Source: Smithellaceae bacterium (GTDB taxonomy: Bacteria; Desulfobacterota; Syntrophia; Syntrophales; Smithellaceae). Taken from it: a stretch of DNA of 64,000 nt. The notes under the pieces are model-generated. The model had not been told where the DNA came from. It was given only the letters and a program-made list of their open reading frames with translations, and did no database searches. The translations under genes and the position numbers were made by a program. The stretch covers positions 576,001 to 640,000 of the forward strand of contig CAXXVL010000002.1 in assembly GCA_963667845.2 (NCBI GenBank). Reading direction: 5' to 3'. Below, one piece after another: positions 1 to 11,899 of the stretch (within the stretch, counting starts at the first letter, position 1; every line of letters begins with the position of its first letter).

Positions 1-363
1 CATTTCACCTCTCAGGGGATCGAAAACGACGCCCTGCTCGACAACTCCTTCTTTCTCCAGGGCGATGGATACGCAGAAAAAGGGAAATCCATGGGCGTAA
101 TTCGTCGTGCCGTCCAGTGGATCGATAATCCAGCGGGTCGCCGCCCGTTCATTTTTTGCTGCCGATTCCTCCGACAGAATTCCATGATCCGGGTAATGGC
201 GGACGATTTGGGCCACAATTAACTCCTCGGACATCCTGTCCGCTTCCGTCACCAGATCGATCGTTCCCTTGTAAAAAACCGGGTTATGACGAGTCAGTTT
301 TTCGGCCAGCAGAAGGCCCGCTTCCCGCGCCAGACTTTGGATAAAATCCGCGATTTCCGTCAT
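1..363 (-). CDS. suhB: Inositol monophosphatase family protein (5' part; runs off window start)
   Basis: Manual translation from ATG at 363 gives DLVTEAD...ILSEE...WIIDPLDGTTNYAHGFPFFCVSIA, the IMPase signature. Not in the ORF track. Confidence 0.9.
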   Translation of the reverse strand, partial: MTEIADFIQSLAREAGLLLAEKLTRHNPVFYKGTIDLVTEADRMSEELIVAQIVRHYPDHGILSEESAAKNERAATRWIIDPLDGTTNYAHGFPFFCVSIALEKEGVVEQGVVFDPLRGEM

Positions 364-501
364 GAACAGCAACTCCTTTGACACGATTATTGGGAACTTT
401 AAACCATAAAGTGTGCGAAAAAGTAAGGACAATCTTAAAAGTTGCGCTGTATTGGAAATAATGTTAGACAAAACAAAAAAACGATTATTTGTGATACGTT
501 A

Positions 502-1404
502 ATGATGATGGAAAAAGACGCTGAGTCTACGATAATTGAGTTAAAAAAGGCGCGGGAAAGTAAGGGGCTGACCCTGAAAGATCTTTTTATGCGAACGCGC
601 ATCAGCGTAGTTAATCTGGAAGCCATTGAAAAAGGTGATTATCACCTGCTGCCGGTTCCGATATACACTCGCAATTTCATCAAGACGTATGCCGATGCTT
701 TGGGAGTGGACGGCAAACCCTTCCTACAGCGCTACGAGAATTATCTTCAATCCATTCAAATACAAGAAAAGGCCGAGGTCCCTGACGAATCACCCCGGAC
801 GCCTCTTGTCGCAACGATGAGTCGGCATAAGACGGCCCTGTGGGTTTTGTGCATTATCATCGTCCTGGTTGCCGTATCCTTTTTCGTGACGAACTATAAT
901 AACCCGGAAGCAGACGTCCACCCCGTTGCCGAAGCTCACAAACCCGCTCCAGTTATTCCTGAACCTCTGCCGCAAAATGGACCTTTACCGAATGAAATTC
1001 CTGTCGCCATCAATCTCCCGGCGCCCGGGGATTCGTCCACCGTCAGCCCGGCCGGTGCGAGAACAATGCAGCCGGCACTAAATGCGCTTGAAGCGCAGAC
1101 CCTGAACAGCACTTCGACGAACGCATCTCCCCCGAAAGATGAATCCAAAATAGAGGCCCTTATTGACGATGAAGAATCGTCGCTTCTGGTCGCCCACGCG
1201 ACCGAAGAAACATGGATCCGGATTCAAGCCGATAACAAAGCACCTTTCCAGGTTTTGCTTAAACCCGGGGAAAAATTCTCATATAAAGCGGCGCGTTTCA
1301 ATATGGATATTGGCAACGGCGGGGGAGTAAAAATACAATTTAAAGGGAAGACCATAGAAAACTTGGGCAAGTCGGGACAGGTCATCCACCTGCGTTTACC
1401 GTAA
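502..1404 (+). CDS. RodZ-like protein (HTH, transmembrane helix, DUF4115-type C-terminus)
   Basis: [12 protein letters not shown]...[25 protein letters not shown], one TM helix, Pro-rich linker, C-terminal EETWIRI...IGNGGGV. Start taken at the ATG run at 502. Confidence 0.8.
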   Translation: MMMEKDAESTIIELKKARESKGLTLKDLFMRTRISVVNLEAIEKGDYHLLPVPIYTRNFIKTYADALGVDGKPFLQRYENYLQSIQIQEKAEVPDESPRTPLVATMSRHKTALWVLCIIIVLVAVSFFVTNYNNPEADVHPVAEAHKPAPVIPEPLPQNGPLPNEIPVAINLPAPGDSSTVSPAGARTMQPALNALEAQTLNSTSTNASPPKDESKIEALIDDEESSLLVAHATEETWIRIQADNKAPFQVLLKPGEKFSYKAARFNMDIGNGGGVKIQFKGKTIENLGKSGQVIHLRLP

Positions 1405-1435
1405 ATCACAACTACAAAGAAAAAGAGGTAATATT

Positions 1436-1618
1436 ATGTTTGGCATAGGAGTACCGGAGTTACTGATTATACTGGTTATTATTTTGATTATTTTCGGCGT
1501 CGGAAAGCTTCCGGAAATCGGATCGGCGCTGGGCAAGGGAATTAAGAATTTCAAGAAATCGGTCTCTAACGAAAATGATACCAACGGAACACCTGTAAAA
1601 AAAGACGGCGACAAATAG
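1436..1618 (+). CDS. tatA: Twin-arginine translocase TatA/E subunit
   Basis: [48 protein letters not shown] upstream. Confidence 0.95.
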   Translation: MFGIGVPELLIILVIILIIFGVGKLPEIGSALGKGIKNFKKSVSNENDTNGTPVKKDGDK

Positions 1619-1666
1619 CCGGTCCGTATCATCGTAAACCGATAAGCGGTCAGAGCATTGTGCAAT

Positions 1667-1711
1667 AAAAAAATGCGGCTGTTGCTCTGCTGTACTGCAG
1701 GACAACAGCCG
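1667..1711 (-). terminator. Probable intrinsic terminator downstream of ssb
   Basis: CGGCTGTTG (1676-1684) / CAACAGCCG (1703-1711) stem, followed by a T-run on the minus strand. Confidence 0.55.
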
Positions 1712-1763
1712 TCCGCATAAAGACTAACGGGGACCAGGGAGATGGGGTCCCCGAACCCGCTTG

Positions 1764-2174
1764 CTAAAAGGGCACATCCTCCATCGGCGTTCCATTTGAA
1801 CCAACAGCCGCATCTGCAGCATCACCGCCGGCTTTGGCCTGTCCCTGTCCCTTGGAATCCAGCATCTTCATATCACTGGCGACAATTTCAGTGGTGAAAC
1901 GCTTAACCCCGTCTTTATCTTCCCAGGATCGGGTTTGAATGCGTCCCTCGATAAAAACCAGTTTCCCTTTTACCAGATAATTCCCGCAAATCTCGGCCAG
2001 TTTGCCGAAGGTGACAATACGGTGCCACTCTGTTTTCTGGACTTTTTCCCCGTTTTTATCTTTCCACTGCTCGTCGGTCGCCAGATTGAAATTGGTAACC
2101 ATTGTTCCATCAGGTGTGTACCGGACTTCCGGGTCCTTACCCAATCTACCGATCAATATCGCCTTGTTTACCAT
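1764..2174 (-). CDS. ssb: Single-stranded DNA-binding protein
   Basis: [20 protein letters not shown]...TEWHRIV...[10 protein letters not shown]-terminal EDVPF tip. Confidence 0.97.
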   Translation of the reverse strand: MVNKAILIGRLGKDPEVRYTPDGTMVTNFNLATDEQWKDKNGEKVQKTEWHRIVTFGKLAEICGNYLVKGKLVFIEGRIQTRSWEDKDGVKRFTTEIVASDMKMLDSKGQGQAKAGGDAADAAVGSNGTPMEDVPF

Positions 2175-2346
2175 TATGATTTCCCCCTGAAATAAGTTGA
2201 CCGCATCATACATAACAACTGGGCCTGTGGCAAACATATTTTTTGTTCATAGAGCGGCTGTATTGGCTGTGGATACGCGCCACAATCATGCTTGACTAAT
2301 CATCAAAAAGAATATAGTCAGATTGACTTTGAAAAGTGGAGAAATT

Positions 2347-3828
2347 ATGGAAGACAATGATCTTTTAAAGGTTCGCCTGGAAAAAATCGCGGCCTTAAAA
2401 GCGGCAGGCGTGGACTTATATCCGAATGACGTAACACCCAAGAATACGACGACCGAGATTTTGGCCGAGTTCGGCAATTCCCCAGGCGATGCTCTGGCAC
2501 AATTGACGGATAAAGTTTCGATTGCCGGTCGGCTGATGGCCGTCCGCAGTTTCGGCAAAGCGGCTTTTATCAAAATTCAGGACCGCAAAGGCCAGATGCA
2601 ATGCTACGTTGCCAAGAACATCCTGAGTGAACAGGATTTTTTTGTATTTAAGAAACTGGATATCGGCGACACCATTTATGTTTCCGGAAAACTGTTTCGG
2701 ACCAAAACCGACGAATTGACGATTGAGGTTGAGTCCCTGCGTCTGATGGCCAAAGCGATGCATCCGCTGCCCGAAAAATGGCATGGCCTGACGGATATAG
2801 AAACCCGCTATCGGCAGCGGCATCTGGATTTGATTTCCAATCCCGCAGTAAAGGAAATTTTTTATCGGCGCAGCCGGATCATTAAGCTGATGCGGCAATT
2901 CATGGAAATGCACGATTTTCTCGAAGTGGAAACCCCCATGATGCAGCCGCGCGCAGGCGGCGCGGTCGCCCGGCCCTTCAAGACGCATCATAATGCACTG
3001 GATCAGGATTTGTACCTGCGGATCGCCCCCGAACTTTACCTGAAGCGCCTGGTCACCGGCGGACTGGAAAGAGTTTATGAAATCAACCGCAACTTCCGCA
3101 ACGAAGGCATCTCCACCTTCCATAACCCTGAATTCACGATGATGGAGTTTTACTGGAGCTATACGACCTACGAGGATTTAATGTCCTTTACCGAGGAACT
3201 GTTCCGATTCATCGCCCAAAATATTTTCGGCGGACTCACGTTCACTTATCAGGGTACTCAAATCGACCTGACACCCCCCTGGCAGCGGCTCTCCGTTAAA
3301 GACGCCCTTTTGCACATAGCCGGAATGGAAGAGGCGGATATTGCCGATTTCGCAAAAGCCAGTGCTTTTGCCCGCAAAGTCGGTTGCGACGTCAAAGAAA
3401 CCGATCCGCTGGGAAAGATTCTCATGGCCGTTTTTGATGAAGTAGTCGAAAAGAAGCTCATCCAGCCGACGTTCGTCACCCAGTATCCGGTTGCCGTGTC
3501 CCCCCTTTCCCGCCGCTCCAATTCGGACCCGGAGATTGTTGATCGTTTTGAACTCTATATTTCCGGACGGGAAATCGCCAACGCATTCTCCGAGCTGAAT
3601 GACCCGGCCGATCAGCGCGATCGGTTTGTCCAGCAGTTGAAAGAGCGGGAGGCGGGCGACGACGAGGCGCACGAAATGGATGAAGATTACATTCGCACAC
3701 TGGAGTACGGCATGCCGCCGACGGCCGGAGAAGGTATCGGCATCGACCGGCTGATCATGCTCTTTACGGATTCCGCATCTATCCGGGACGTCATACTGTT
3801 CCCGCTTTTAAGAACCAAACAGGAATGA
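2347..3828 (+). CDS. lysS: Lysine--tRNA ligase (class II)
   Basis: YRQRHLDL, FLEVETPMM, YLRIAPELYLKRL, FRNEGIS..HNPEF, GMPPTAGEGIGIDRL. Confidence 0.98.
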   Translation: MEDNDLLKVRLEKIAALKAAGVDLYPNDVTPKNTTTEILAEFGNSPGDALAQLTDKVSIAGRLMAVRSFGKAAFIKIQDRKGQMQCYVAKNILSEQDFFVFKKLDIGDTIYVSGKLFRTKTDELTIEVESLRLMAKAMHPLPEKWHGLTDIETRYRQRHLDLISNPAVKEIFYRRSRIIKLMRQFMEMHDFLEVETPMMQPRAGGAVARPFKTHHNALDQDLYLRIAPELYLKRLVTGGLERVYEINRNFRNEGISTFHNPEFTMMEFYWSYTTYEDLMSFTEELFRFIAQNIFGGLTFTYQGTQIDLTPPWQRLSVKDALLHIAGMEEADIADFAKASAFARKVGCDVKETDPLGKILMAVFDEVVEKKLIQPTFVTQYPVAVSPLSRRSNSDPEIVDRFELYISGREIANAFSELNDPADQRDRFVQQLKEREAGDDEAHEMDEDYIRTLEYGMPPTAGEGIGIDRLIMLFTDSASIRDVILFPLLRTKQE

Positions 3829-3887
3829 GATAAGCACGAGCGTTCATTGTGCTGAAATTCAACTGTTTCTTGACAGGATATTCTTTA

Positions 3888-5174
3888 ATGCCTTACGAAT
3901 TCTTTATCAGCAGACGGTACATGAGAGCGAAAAGGAAACAGGTATTTGTTTCGATCATTACGTCCATATCGATTTTCGGTATTTTCCTCGGCGTGGCGGC
4001 ACTCATCATTGTCCTCGCCGTAATGAACGGCTTTGAAGAAGATCTGCGCACCAAGATTCTGGGCATTCGTTCGCACATAGAAGTAACAACAGATATGAGC
4101 GGCGCGATGAAAAACTATCCGGCCATCCGCGAAGAAATCGACAAAATCCCCGGCGTCGTCGCCTCGACACCTTTCATTTACACACAAGCCATGATCCGCA
4201 GCGGCAGCGGCGTCACCGGCGTCGTTATCCGTGGGCTGGATACGCCGAGCGCACCGAAAGTGATCAACCTGGGAAAAATCAAGGAAGGCAAACTGGATTA
4301 CCTCAATCAGATCCCGGATGAAGCTTTAAAGAAGCTGCCCGCAGAAGACAAAGGATTATCCGGCATTCTGATTGGCAGGGAAATGGCCCGAAATCTGGGA
4401 CTTTTCCTTTACGATTCCATTACGATCATTTCGCCGACCGGCGGAATTGCCACGCCGATGGGCATGGTTCCCCGCATGAAGAAGTTTATCGTCGTCGGAA
4501 TCTTTGAATCCGGATTTTATGAATATGATGCCACTCTGGCCTTTTTGTCTTTGAAGAGCTGCCAGGAATTCCTGGATCTGGGCGATGCGGTTTCGGGGCT
4601 GGATATCGTCGTCAATGATATCTACAAGGCCGATGTGATCTCCCGCAACATCCAGAGCAAGCTGGGTTTTCCCTTCTTCACCCAGAACTGGATGCAAATG
4701 AACAAGAACCTTTTTTCGGCTCTCAAGCTGGAAAAACGCGTCATGTTTATTATCCTGAGCCTGATCGTGCTGGTCGCCGCGTTCAACATCATCAGTGCTC
4801 TCATCATGATTGTCATGGAGAAAAATAAAGACATCGCCATATTGAAATCGATGGGCGCGACCTCCGGCACCATCATGAAGATCTTCATTTATCAGGGCTT
4901 GATCGTCGGCGTGGTCGGAACGTTTTTCGGCAGTATTGCCGGTCTGACCATTGCTCTGAATCTGCAGAAGATTTCTCTTTTCGTGGAGAAGATTTTCAAT
5001 TTTAAAATTCTCCCGGGTGATGTCTATTACCTGAGTGAATTGCCTTCCAAGGTCAATTACGGCGACGTGGTCACGATTGTTCTCGGCACGCTCGCGATTT
5101 GTTTTCTATCCACAATCTACCCCTCCATGAGAGCTTCCAAACTGGACCCGGCGGAAGCCCTGAGATACGAATAG
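3888..5174 (+). CDS. lolE: Lipoprotein-releasing ABC transporter permease LolC/E
   Basis: GVAALIIVLAVMNGF, LIVLVAAFNII, DIAILKSMGA, ASKLDPAEALRYE. Confidence 0.92.
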   Translation: MPYEFFISRRYMRAKRKQVFVSIITSISIFGIFLGVAALIIVLAVMNGFEEDLRTKILGIRSHIEVTTDMSGAMKNYPAIREEIDKIPGVVASTPFIYTQAMIRSGSGVTGVVIRGLDTPSAPKVINLGKIKEGKLDYLNQIPDEALKKLPAEDKGLSGILIGREMARNLGLFLYDSITIISPTGGIATPMGMVPRMKKFIVVGIFESGFYEYDATLAFLSLKSCQEFLDLGDAVSGLDIVVNDIYKADVISRNIQSKLGFPFFTQNWMQMNKNLFSALKLEKRVMFIILSLIVLVAAFNIISALIMIVMEKNKDIAILKSMGATSGTIMKIFIYQGLIVGVVGTFFGSIAGLTIALNLQKISLFVEKIFNFKILPGDVYYLSELPSKVNYGDVVTIVLGTLAICFLSTIYPSMRASKLDPAEALRYE

Positions 5175-5197
5175 ACGGAACCGAGCTGACGACTGCT

Positions 5198-5866
5198 ATG
5201 ATCATACTGACGAATTTATCGAAGACTTTTGTAAAAGACGGCAACAAAATTGAAGTCCTGCGGAATCTGAATCTGGAGATTAAGAGGGGTGACTCTCTGG
5301 CCGTTGTCGGCGTTTCCGGCGCCGGCAAGAGCACACTCATTCACATCCTGGGGACGCTGGATCATCCGACGTCCGGGACCCTGGCCCTTGCGGGAAACAA
5401 TGTGTTTGAATGGAGTGAAAAGAAGCTCGCCGCGTTCCGCAATAAGACGATCGGCTTTGTTTTCCAATTTAATAATCTGCTGCCCGAGTTCACCGCGCTG
5501 GAAAACGCGATGATGCCGGCGCTGATCAGTGGCCTTCCCAAAAAAGAGGCAACGGATAAAGCGACTCACCTGCTTGAAGAAGTGGGGCTGGGGCATCGTC
5601 TGAAACATAAACCCGGCGAACTCTCCGGAGGAGAGCAGCAACGGGTAGCTATTGCCCGGGCGCTGGTCATGGAGCCGGAAATCCTGCTCGCCGACGAGCC
5701 CACGGGAAACCTTGACACGGAAACAGGAAAGAAGATAGAAGACATCCTGGTTGAGTTAAACGCGATAAAAAGAATAACATTGATCGTTGTCACGCATAAT
5801 AAACTGCTGGCAGACAGAATGACCGGCAGAATCGGTTTGCGCGACGGGAAAATATATGACTTTTAA
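5198..5866 (+). CDS. lolD: Lipoprotein-releasing ABC transporter ATP-binding protein
   Basis: Walker [34 protein letters not shown]; follows lolE. Confidence 0.93.
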   Translation: MIILTNLSKTFVKDGNKIEVLRNLNLEIKRGDSLAVVGVSGAGKSTLIHILGTLDHPTSGTLALAGNNVFEWSEKKLAAFRNKTIGFVFQFNNLLPEFTALENAMMPALISGLPKKEATDKATHLLEEVGLGHRLKHKPGELSGGEQQRVAIARALVMEPEILLADEPTGNLDTETGKKIEDILVELNAIKRITLIVVTHNKLLADRMTGRIGLRDGKIYDF

Positions 5867-8501
5867 TAAAAAAGCCTACACGCTGCTCATCATCCTTTTT
5901 CTTTTTTGCCTGTTCACGGAGGCCCGCGCCGAGGACGTCAAAAAAATATGCATCCTGCCTTTTGCCGTTCACACAAGCGGCGACAGCAGCGCGCTGCAGA
6001 GCTCTGTATACAGCAATGTCGTGAGAACCTTCAGAACTGAAAAGAAGCTTGAAGTTGTCGAATCCGGTGATATTGCCAAAAGTGACGTCATTCTCAGTCA
6101 GGAAAAAGCCGTCGCCGCCGGAAAGGCCCTTGCGGCGGATTATGTCGTCATGGGCAGCATAACGCAGTTCGGAGACACGCTGAATATTGACGCGCAGATC
6201 ATCGATATTCCCCGGGCGGCCGTCTTATCGACTGTATCGGTCCAGAGCAAAGAATCTGCCGGACGAGAGGCACTGGCCGGCGAGTTAAAGAAGGAAATAC
6301 TGGAACGCCTCGGTCTTCTGGATAAGATCGTGCGGATTGAAGTCGCGGGCAACCGTAAAATCGGAGTGGATGCGATTAAACAACAGCTGAAAAGCAAGAT
6401 CGGCAATCCCCTGAACGAAGAGGATATCACGGCGGATATCAAAGCCATCTTCAAAATGGGATTCTTCCTGGATGTCAACGCCCAGGTCAGCTCCGATGCG
6501 CAGGGTAAAGTCATCACCTACACGGTTGTCGAAAGGGGGCTGATCTCGGAAATCCGGCTTGTCGGCAACAAGGCTCTCGACCGGGACGACATTCTGGGCG
6601 CCATGACCGTCAAGACAAGGCAGAGCCTCAACCAGGAAAAAATCAAGGAAGACATACAAAAGATCAAAGCGCTTTATGATACGAAGGGCTACTACAATGC
6701 CGAGATCAATGACCGTCTCGAAAAAGACGGCTTAAAGGATATCGTCCTCATTCTGGACATCAAGGAAAATGATCGGGTTTACGTCCGATCCATCACCTTT
6801 GAGGGGAATGAATCTTTTACGACGAAGGAACTGGTCAATATGATGACCACGACCGAGCGCACGCTGCTGGGTTTCTTTACCGACACGGGCATCCTGCAAA
6901 CCAATCAACTGAAGCAGGATATCCAGAAATTGACCGCCTTCTATTTCAACAGCGGCTTTGTCAACGCCCAGATCGGCGAGCCGATCATCACGCATGACGC
7001 CAAAGGCATTTATATCAAGATCGTTGTCCGGGAGGGCAAACGGTTTAAGATCGGCAAAGTGGAGATATCCGGAGATTTTCTGGAAAAACCCCGGGCCGAC
7101 TTGTTTGCACTTTTGAAAACAAAATCAGGAAATTATTATAATCGAGAAGCGCTTTTAAAGGATATGGAGACGATCACGACGACCGCCAACGATGAAGGCT
7201 TTGCAAATGCCGACGTCAACCCCAAGATTGCCTCCCACGAAAAAGAACAGGTTGTGGATGTGAATTTCCAGTTGACCAAAGGCAGTCTTGTCCATATAGC
7301 CCGCATCGGTATTTCCGGCAATACGATCACTCGCGATAAAGTTATCCGGCGGCAATTGTCCCTTGCGGAAGGAGATTTGTATTCGGCAAGCAAGCTGAAA
7401 GCGGGATATACCAATTTAAATCAGCTGCGCTATTTTGAAGAAGTGGACATCCAGACGGAAAAGACTGCGGACAATAAAATGGATGTTAATATCCGGGTTA
7501 AGGAAAAGAATACTGGCATGTTCATGGTCGGTGCGGGTTACAGCGCTGTCGATGCGGCTGTGATTATGGGTCAGGTCACGCAGCAGAATTTTCTGGGTTA
7601 CGGACAAATATTAAGTTTGAAAGCATCGCTCGGCTCCAAGACCAATAACTATGAATTGTCTTTTACGGAACCCTGGCTTTTCGATCTGCCATTGTGGTGC
7701 AAGGCGGATATCTGGAAATACAAAAGAGAATTTGATTCGTACACCCTGGATACACGCGGTGTGGGGTTGACTCTGGGCTACCCGATTTGGAATAGAATCG
7801 TCGGTTACGTCGGCTATAAACTTGGCATGGACAATATTCAGGACATTAATCGCACGACCGCCTCCTACTATATTCAGGCGCAGGAAGGTGAGCGGGTCAC
7901 CAGCTCCATCACATTTACGCTAGCGTACGATTCCACCGACGACAACATGTTCCCGACCAAGGGCATCAAGACCAGCGCTTCCATGCAGCATGCCGGCATG
8001 CCTCTGGGCGGCAACGCAAAGTTTACAAAATACCAGGCATCCATAGCAGGCTATGTCCCGCTCTTCTGGGAAATCGTTTTTGGCGCCAAGGGCCGGATCG
8101 GGTACCTGCAGAACAATGACGACAGCGACAGCAGAATCCCGATTTATGAACGATTTGTCCTGGGCGGGATCAATTCTCTGCGTGGCTTGCGCTATGTCGG
8201 TCCGGTCGATTCGGGCTCCAGTGATGTCATCGGCGGTACAACGATGTTGAACTTCACAACAGAGCTTGTCTTCCCTCTATTTAAAGATGCCGGATTGAAG
8301 GGCGTCGTCTTTTTTGATGCAGGCAATGCCTGGAACGGCGGATATTACCTTGATGACTTGAGAAAGACGTGCGGCGCGGGTGTCCGCTGGTATTCGCCGA
8401 TCGGTCCTTTGCGTCTGGAATATGGCTATGTGCTCGATCGCGGGCACATCAATGACGGCACTGCGGGCCGGTTTGAATTCACGATCGGCATGATGATGTA
8501 A
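5856..8501 (+). CDS. bamA: Outer membrane protein assembly factor BamA with an extra N-terminal domain
   Basis: Signal peptide, POTRA repeats (GN..., TRDKVIRR), barrel motifs GGINSLRG and [16 protein letters not shown]. Confidence 0.95.
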   Translation: MTFNKKAYTLLIILFLFCLFTEARAEDVKKICILPFAVHTSGDSSALQSSVYSNVVRTFRTEKKLEVVESGDIAKSDVILSQEKAVAAGKALAADYVVMGSITQFGDTLNIDAQIIDIPRAAVLSTVSVQSKESAGREALAGELKKEILERLGLLDKIVRIEVAGNRKIGVDAIKQQLKSKIGNPLNEEDITADIKAIFKMGFFLDVNAQVSSDAQGKVITYTVVERGLISEIRLVGNKALDRDDILGAMTVKTRQSLNQEKIKEDIQKIKALYDTKGYYNAEINDRLEKDGLKDIVLILDIKENDRVYVRSITFEGNESFTTKELVNMMTTTERTLLGFFTDTGILQTNQLKQDIQKLTAFYFNSGFVNAQIGEPIITHDAKGIYIKIVVREGKRFKIGKVEISGDFLEKPRADLFALLKTKSGNYYNREALLKDMETITTTANDEGFANADVNPKIASHEKEQVVDVNFQLTKGSLVHIARIGISGNTITRDKVIRRQLSLAEGDLYSASKLKAGYTNLNQLRYFEEVDIQTEKTADNKMDVNIRVKEKNTGMFMVGAGYSAVDAAVIMGQVTQQNFLGYGQILSLKASLGSKTNNYELSFTEPWLFDLPLWCKADIWKYKREFDSYTLDTRGVGLTLGYPIWNRIVGYVGYKLGMDNIQDINRTTASYYIQAQEGERVTSSITFTLAYDSTDDNMFPTKGIKTSASMQHAGMPLGGNAKFTKYQASIAGYVPLFWEIVFGAKGRIGYLQNNDDSDSRIPIYERFVLGGINSLRGLRYVGPVDSGSSDVIGGTTMLNFTTELVFPLFKDAGLKGVVFFDAGNAWNGGYYLDDLRKTCGAGVRWYSPIGPLRLEYGYVLDRGHINDGTAGRFEFTIGMMM

Positions 8502-8564
8502 TGATGCGATGAAGCTGCACTTCATTGATGATGTAGATTAAACTTAATGAGAGGAGATTTAAAA

Positions 8565-9095
8565 ATGAAAAGAAATATGTATCTGATTGCAGGATTGGTC
8601 CTGTTTGTTTTTGTCTGGACGAATACGTCGTTTGCCGCCGAGAAGATAGGTTTCATCAATATTCAGGACATCATCCAGCATTCCAACGCCGGCAAGAAAG
8701 CGGCGGAAGAATTTAAAAAGATTTTTGAAAAGAAGCAGGAGAACATCAAAAATATGGAAAACGAGGTCAAGAAATTGAAAGATGATCTCGACAAACAAGC
8801 TGCCGTGATGACGGCCAGCGCACGGAGCGACAAGGAAGCCGCTTATCAGAGAAAATTGCGCGATTACCAGATCCTTGTTGATGACACCAATAAAGAACTC
8901 CAGAAGCGCGATCAGGAGTATTCACAAAGAATGATTCCGGAAATTCTCAAAGTCGTCCGCGCCATCGCTGAAAAAGAAAAATATACCTTGATTCTGGACA
9001 TCGGCACGATGCCGATGCCTTACTATGATAAGGCTTATGATATCAGCAAGAAGGTCATCGAAGATTACAACAAAGCGGCCGCTGCAAAGAAATAA
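8565..9095 (+). CDS. skp: OmpH/Skp periplasmic chaperone
   Basis: Signal peptide, KIGFINIQ, coiled-coil body, YTLILD; between bamA and lpxD. Confidence 0.9.
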   Translation: MKRNMYLIAGLVLFVFVWTNTSFAAEKIGFINIQDIIQHSNAGKKAAEEFKKIFEKKQENIKNMENEVKKLKDDLDKQAAVMTASARSDKEAAYQRKLRDYQILVDDTNKELQKRDQEYSQRMIPEILKVVRAIAEKEKYTLILDIGTMPMPYYDKAYDISKKVIEDYNKAAAAKK

Positions 9096-9110
9096 CCGTC
9101 TTGCAATGAC

Positions 9111-10160
9111 ATGGAAAAAAGTATTCAGGAAATAGCCGCCCTGATCGGCGGAACCGTCTGCGGGGACGAAAAAGTCATGATCAGTGATATCCGGCCGATT
9201 GATGAGGCCGGAATCCATGATCTCACTTTTGTCGCCAACCCGAAGTATTTTGCTAAGCTCGCGACGACCGGAGCAGGAGCCATCCTTGTCCCGCCGGGCA
9301 CGGTGGAACCTTGCAAAAATCTGATTATCGTCGCTGATCCTTACTCGGCCTTCGGACAACTCCTGGCGATATTTTACCGCGTCGATCATGGTCCTCGCGG
9401 CATCAGTCCGGACGCCTATGTCGAAAAAGACGCTTCAATCTCCGGGGATGCAACCGTTATGGCTCGCGCCTACATCAGCTCGGGTGCCAGGATTGAAAAG
9501 GGCGCCGTCATTTATCCGGGCGTGTTTATCGGCCGGAACGTTTCCGTAGGCGAGGATACCGTCCTTTACGCCAATGTGAGCATCTATCATAACAGCGTGA
9601 TCGGCCGCCGCGTGATCCTTCATTCCGGCGTTGTAATCGGCGGGGACGGTTTCGGTTTTGCTGCACCCGGCGCGGATAACACCAAAATTCCCCAGGTGGG
9701 CAGCGTACAGATTGATGACGATGTGGAGCTCGGCGCCAATACCACGGTCGACCGCGGCACGCTGGGCAAAACCTGGATTCAACGAAATGTGAAAGTTGAC
9801 AACCTTGTGCAGATTGCCCACAATGTCGTGATCGGTGAAAATACGGTCATTGCCGCTCAAACCGGTATTTCCGGGTCCACGAAAATCGGGAAGAGCGTTA
9901 TTATCGGCGGACAGGTCGGCATCGTCGGCCATATTTCCATCGGCGATCATGCTATGATTATGGCTTCCTCAGGCATCCATAAAGATATTCCGGCAGGCAT
10001 GGTCGGCGGCGGGATGCCTTTTCTTTCCCGCAAAGAATGGCTGAAGGTGGAATCCAGCAAGATTAAGCTTCCTGAATTTCGTTCCAAACTTGAAAAGTTG
10101 ATCAAACAGGTGGAACAGCTGGAAGCAAAAATTACGAAAACAGGTGAAGATCAAACATGA
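9111..10160 (+). CDS. lpxD: UDP-3-O-acyl-glucosamine N-acyltransferase
   Basis: Hexapeptide repeats, [30 protein letters not shown]. Confidence 0.96.
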   Translation: MEKSIQEIAALIGGTVCGDEKVMISDIRPIDEAGIHDLTFVANPKYFAKLATTGAGAILVPPGTVEPCKNLIIVADPYSAFGQLLAIFYRVDHGPRGISPDAYVEKDASISGDATVMARAYISSGARIEKGAVIYPGVFIGRNVSVGEDTVLYANVSIYHNSVIGRRVILHSGVVIGGDGFGFAAPGADNTKIPQVGSVQIDDDVELGANTTVDRGTLGKTWIQRNVKVDNLVQIAHNVVIGENTVIAAQTGISGSTKIGKSVIIGGQVGIVGHISIGDHAMIMASSGIHKDIPAGMVGGGMPFLSRKEWLKVESSKIKLPEFRSKLEKLIKQVEQLEAKITKTGEDQT

Positions 10161-10930
10161 AAATTCATCCAACAGCAATTATCGCAGAAGACGTCCAGCT
10201 CGGAGAAGGTGTGGAAATCGGCCCTTATTCGATTATAGGACCAGATGTTAAAATCGGAAAAGACACTGTCATCGGTCCGCACACGGTGATCGATAATTAC
10301 ACCCAAATCGGCGAAGGCTGTAAAATACTGCAATTCTGTTCCATTGGAGCTCCTCCCCAGGATCTTAAATTCGGCGGGGAAAAAACCGGCGTCATTATCG
10401 GAAATTTCAATACGATCCGGGAATATGTCAGCATTCATCGCGGCACGACCGCCGATACCGGAACGACCGTCATCGGTGATCATAACCTGCTCATGGCCTA
10501 TGTCCACATTGCCCATAACTGTAAATTAGGCAGCAATGTCATCATTGCCAATTCGACGGGACTGGCCGGGCACGTCGAGGTTGAAGACTACGCGATCATC
10601 AGTCCGCTTTCCGGTGTCCATCAATTCTGCCGCATCGGCGCGCACTCCATAGTTGGCGGCGCATCGGCCGTGGTCAAGGATATTCCGCCCTACACCATGG
10701 CCAACGGTAATCGGGCCACGCTGTTCGGCCTGAATCTGATCGGGCTGCAGCGACGCGGTTTTCCCGAGAGTTCCATTGCCGCCATCAAACAGGCCTATCG
10801 CATCATTTTCCGTTCCGACCTGCTCCTCGAGGAAGCTCTCGAAAAGGCGCGAAATGAAGTGGAAGACTGCCCGGAAGTGCGGCACTTTATCGACTTTATT
10901 CAAAAATCAAAAAGAAGCATTTGCCGTTAG
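10157..10930 (+). CDS. lpxA: Acyl-ACP--UDP-GlcNAc(3N) acyltransferase
   Basis: [51 protein letters not shown]. Confidence 0.96.
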   Translation: MKIHPTAIIAEDVQLGEGVEIGPYSIIGPDVKIGKDTVIGPHTVIDNYTQIGEGCKILQFCSIGAPPQDLKFGGEKTGVIIGNFNTIREYVSIHRGTTADTGTTVIGDHNLLMAYVHIAHNCKLGSNVIIANSTGLAGHVEVEDYAIISPLSGVHQFCRIGAHSIVGGASAVVKDIPPYTMANGNRATLFGLNLIGLQRRGFPESSIAAIKQAYRIIFRSDLLLEEALEKARNEVEDCPEVRHFIDFIQKSKRSICR

Positions 10931-10942
10931 AGAGACAGACCC

Positions 10943-11899
10943 ATGACGAAAAAAAAACCTATCAGAGTTGGGGTGGTCGGCATCGGTCACCTGGGCGGTT
11001 ATCATCTGCAAAAGTACGCGAAGATCGATGGCTGTAAAATTACCGCCCTGTCGGATACCGACCCCGAGAGAGCGAAAAAAGCGGCCGAGGTTTACGGCTG
11101 CGAAGCCTTTACCGACCACCGGGACCTGCTCGACAAAGTGGATGCCGTGAGCATTGCCGTTCCCACCGGCTACCATCACGCGGTCGCCAGGGACTTTCTG
11201 GCTGCGGGCATCGATGTGCTCATTGAGAAGCCGCTTTGCGCCACGGTGAAGGAAGCGGATGACCTTCTCGCGCTGGCGAAGAAGAACAAACTGGTTTTCC
11301 AGGTCGGCTTTGTCGAACGTTTCAATCCGGCGGTGATGGCGCTCGAAAAAGTCATTACACGGCCGGTCTTCATCGAAGTGCACCGTCTCCATCCTTTCTT
11401 TGAACGCGGCACGGATGTGGATGTCATTCTCGATTTAATGATTCACGATCTGGATCTCATTTTGAAGTTCGTCGATTCTCCGCTCACCCGCGTTGAAGCT
11501 GTGGGTGTTCCGGTCCTCTCGGATAAAATTGACATCTCCAATGTGAGATTGACCTTTGCCTGCGGCTGCATCGCCAATGTCACGGCCAGCCGCATCAGTG
11601 TCAAGACCATGCAGAAGCTTCGCTTCTTCGGACCGGAAGGCTACCACGCCGTGGATACCCGCAAACGGGAAATCCTGTCGCTCGCCAAAGTCATGGGCGC
11701 AGACGGCAAGCAGCAGATCATTCAGAACAACATCGACATCAGCGACCATGACCCGCTGGAAGAAGAGGTGCGATCGTTTATCAGCTGTGTGGAAAACCGT
11801 TCGACGCCCGTTGTTTCCGGCGAGGAAGGACGCAAATCGCTGGCGCTCGCTGAAGAGATACTCAAGAAAATGAAAACGCATGAGGACATTCCTTTATGA
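10943..11899 (+). CDS. gnnA: Gfo/Idh/MocA oxidoreductase, GnnA-like (UDP-GlcNAc 3-dehydrogenase)
   Basis: GVVGIGHLG, LIEKP, QVGFVERFNP, DLMIHDLD; lies between lpxA and lpxB. Confidence 0.8.
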   Translation: MTKKKPIRVGVVGIGHLGGYHLQKYAKIDGCKITALSDTDPERAKKAAEVYGCEAFTDHRDLLDKVDAVSIAVPTGYHHAVARDFLAAGIDVLIEKPLCATVKEADDLLALAKKNKLVFQVGFVERFNPAVMALEKVITRPVFIEVHRLHPFFERGTDVDVILDLMIHDLDLILKFVDSPLTRVEAVGVPVLSDKIDISNVRLTFACGCIANVTASRISVKTMQKLRFFGPEGYHAVDTRKREILSLAKVMGADGKQQIIQNNIDISDHDPLEEEVRSFISCVENRSTPVVSGEEGRKSLALAEEILKKMKTHEDIPL

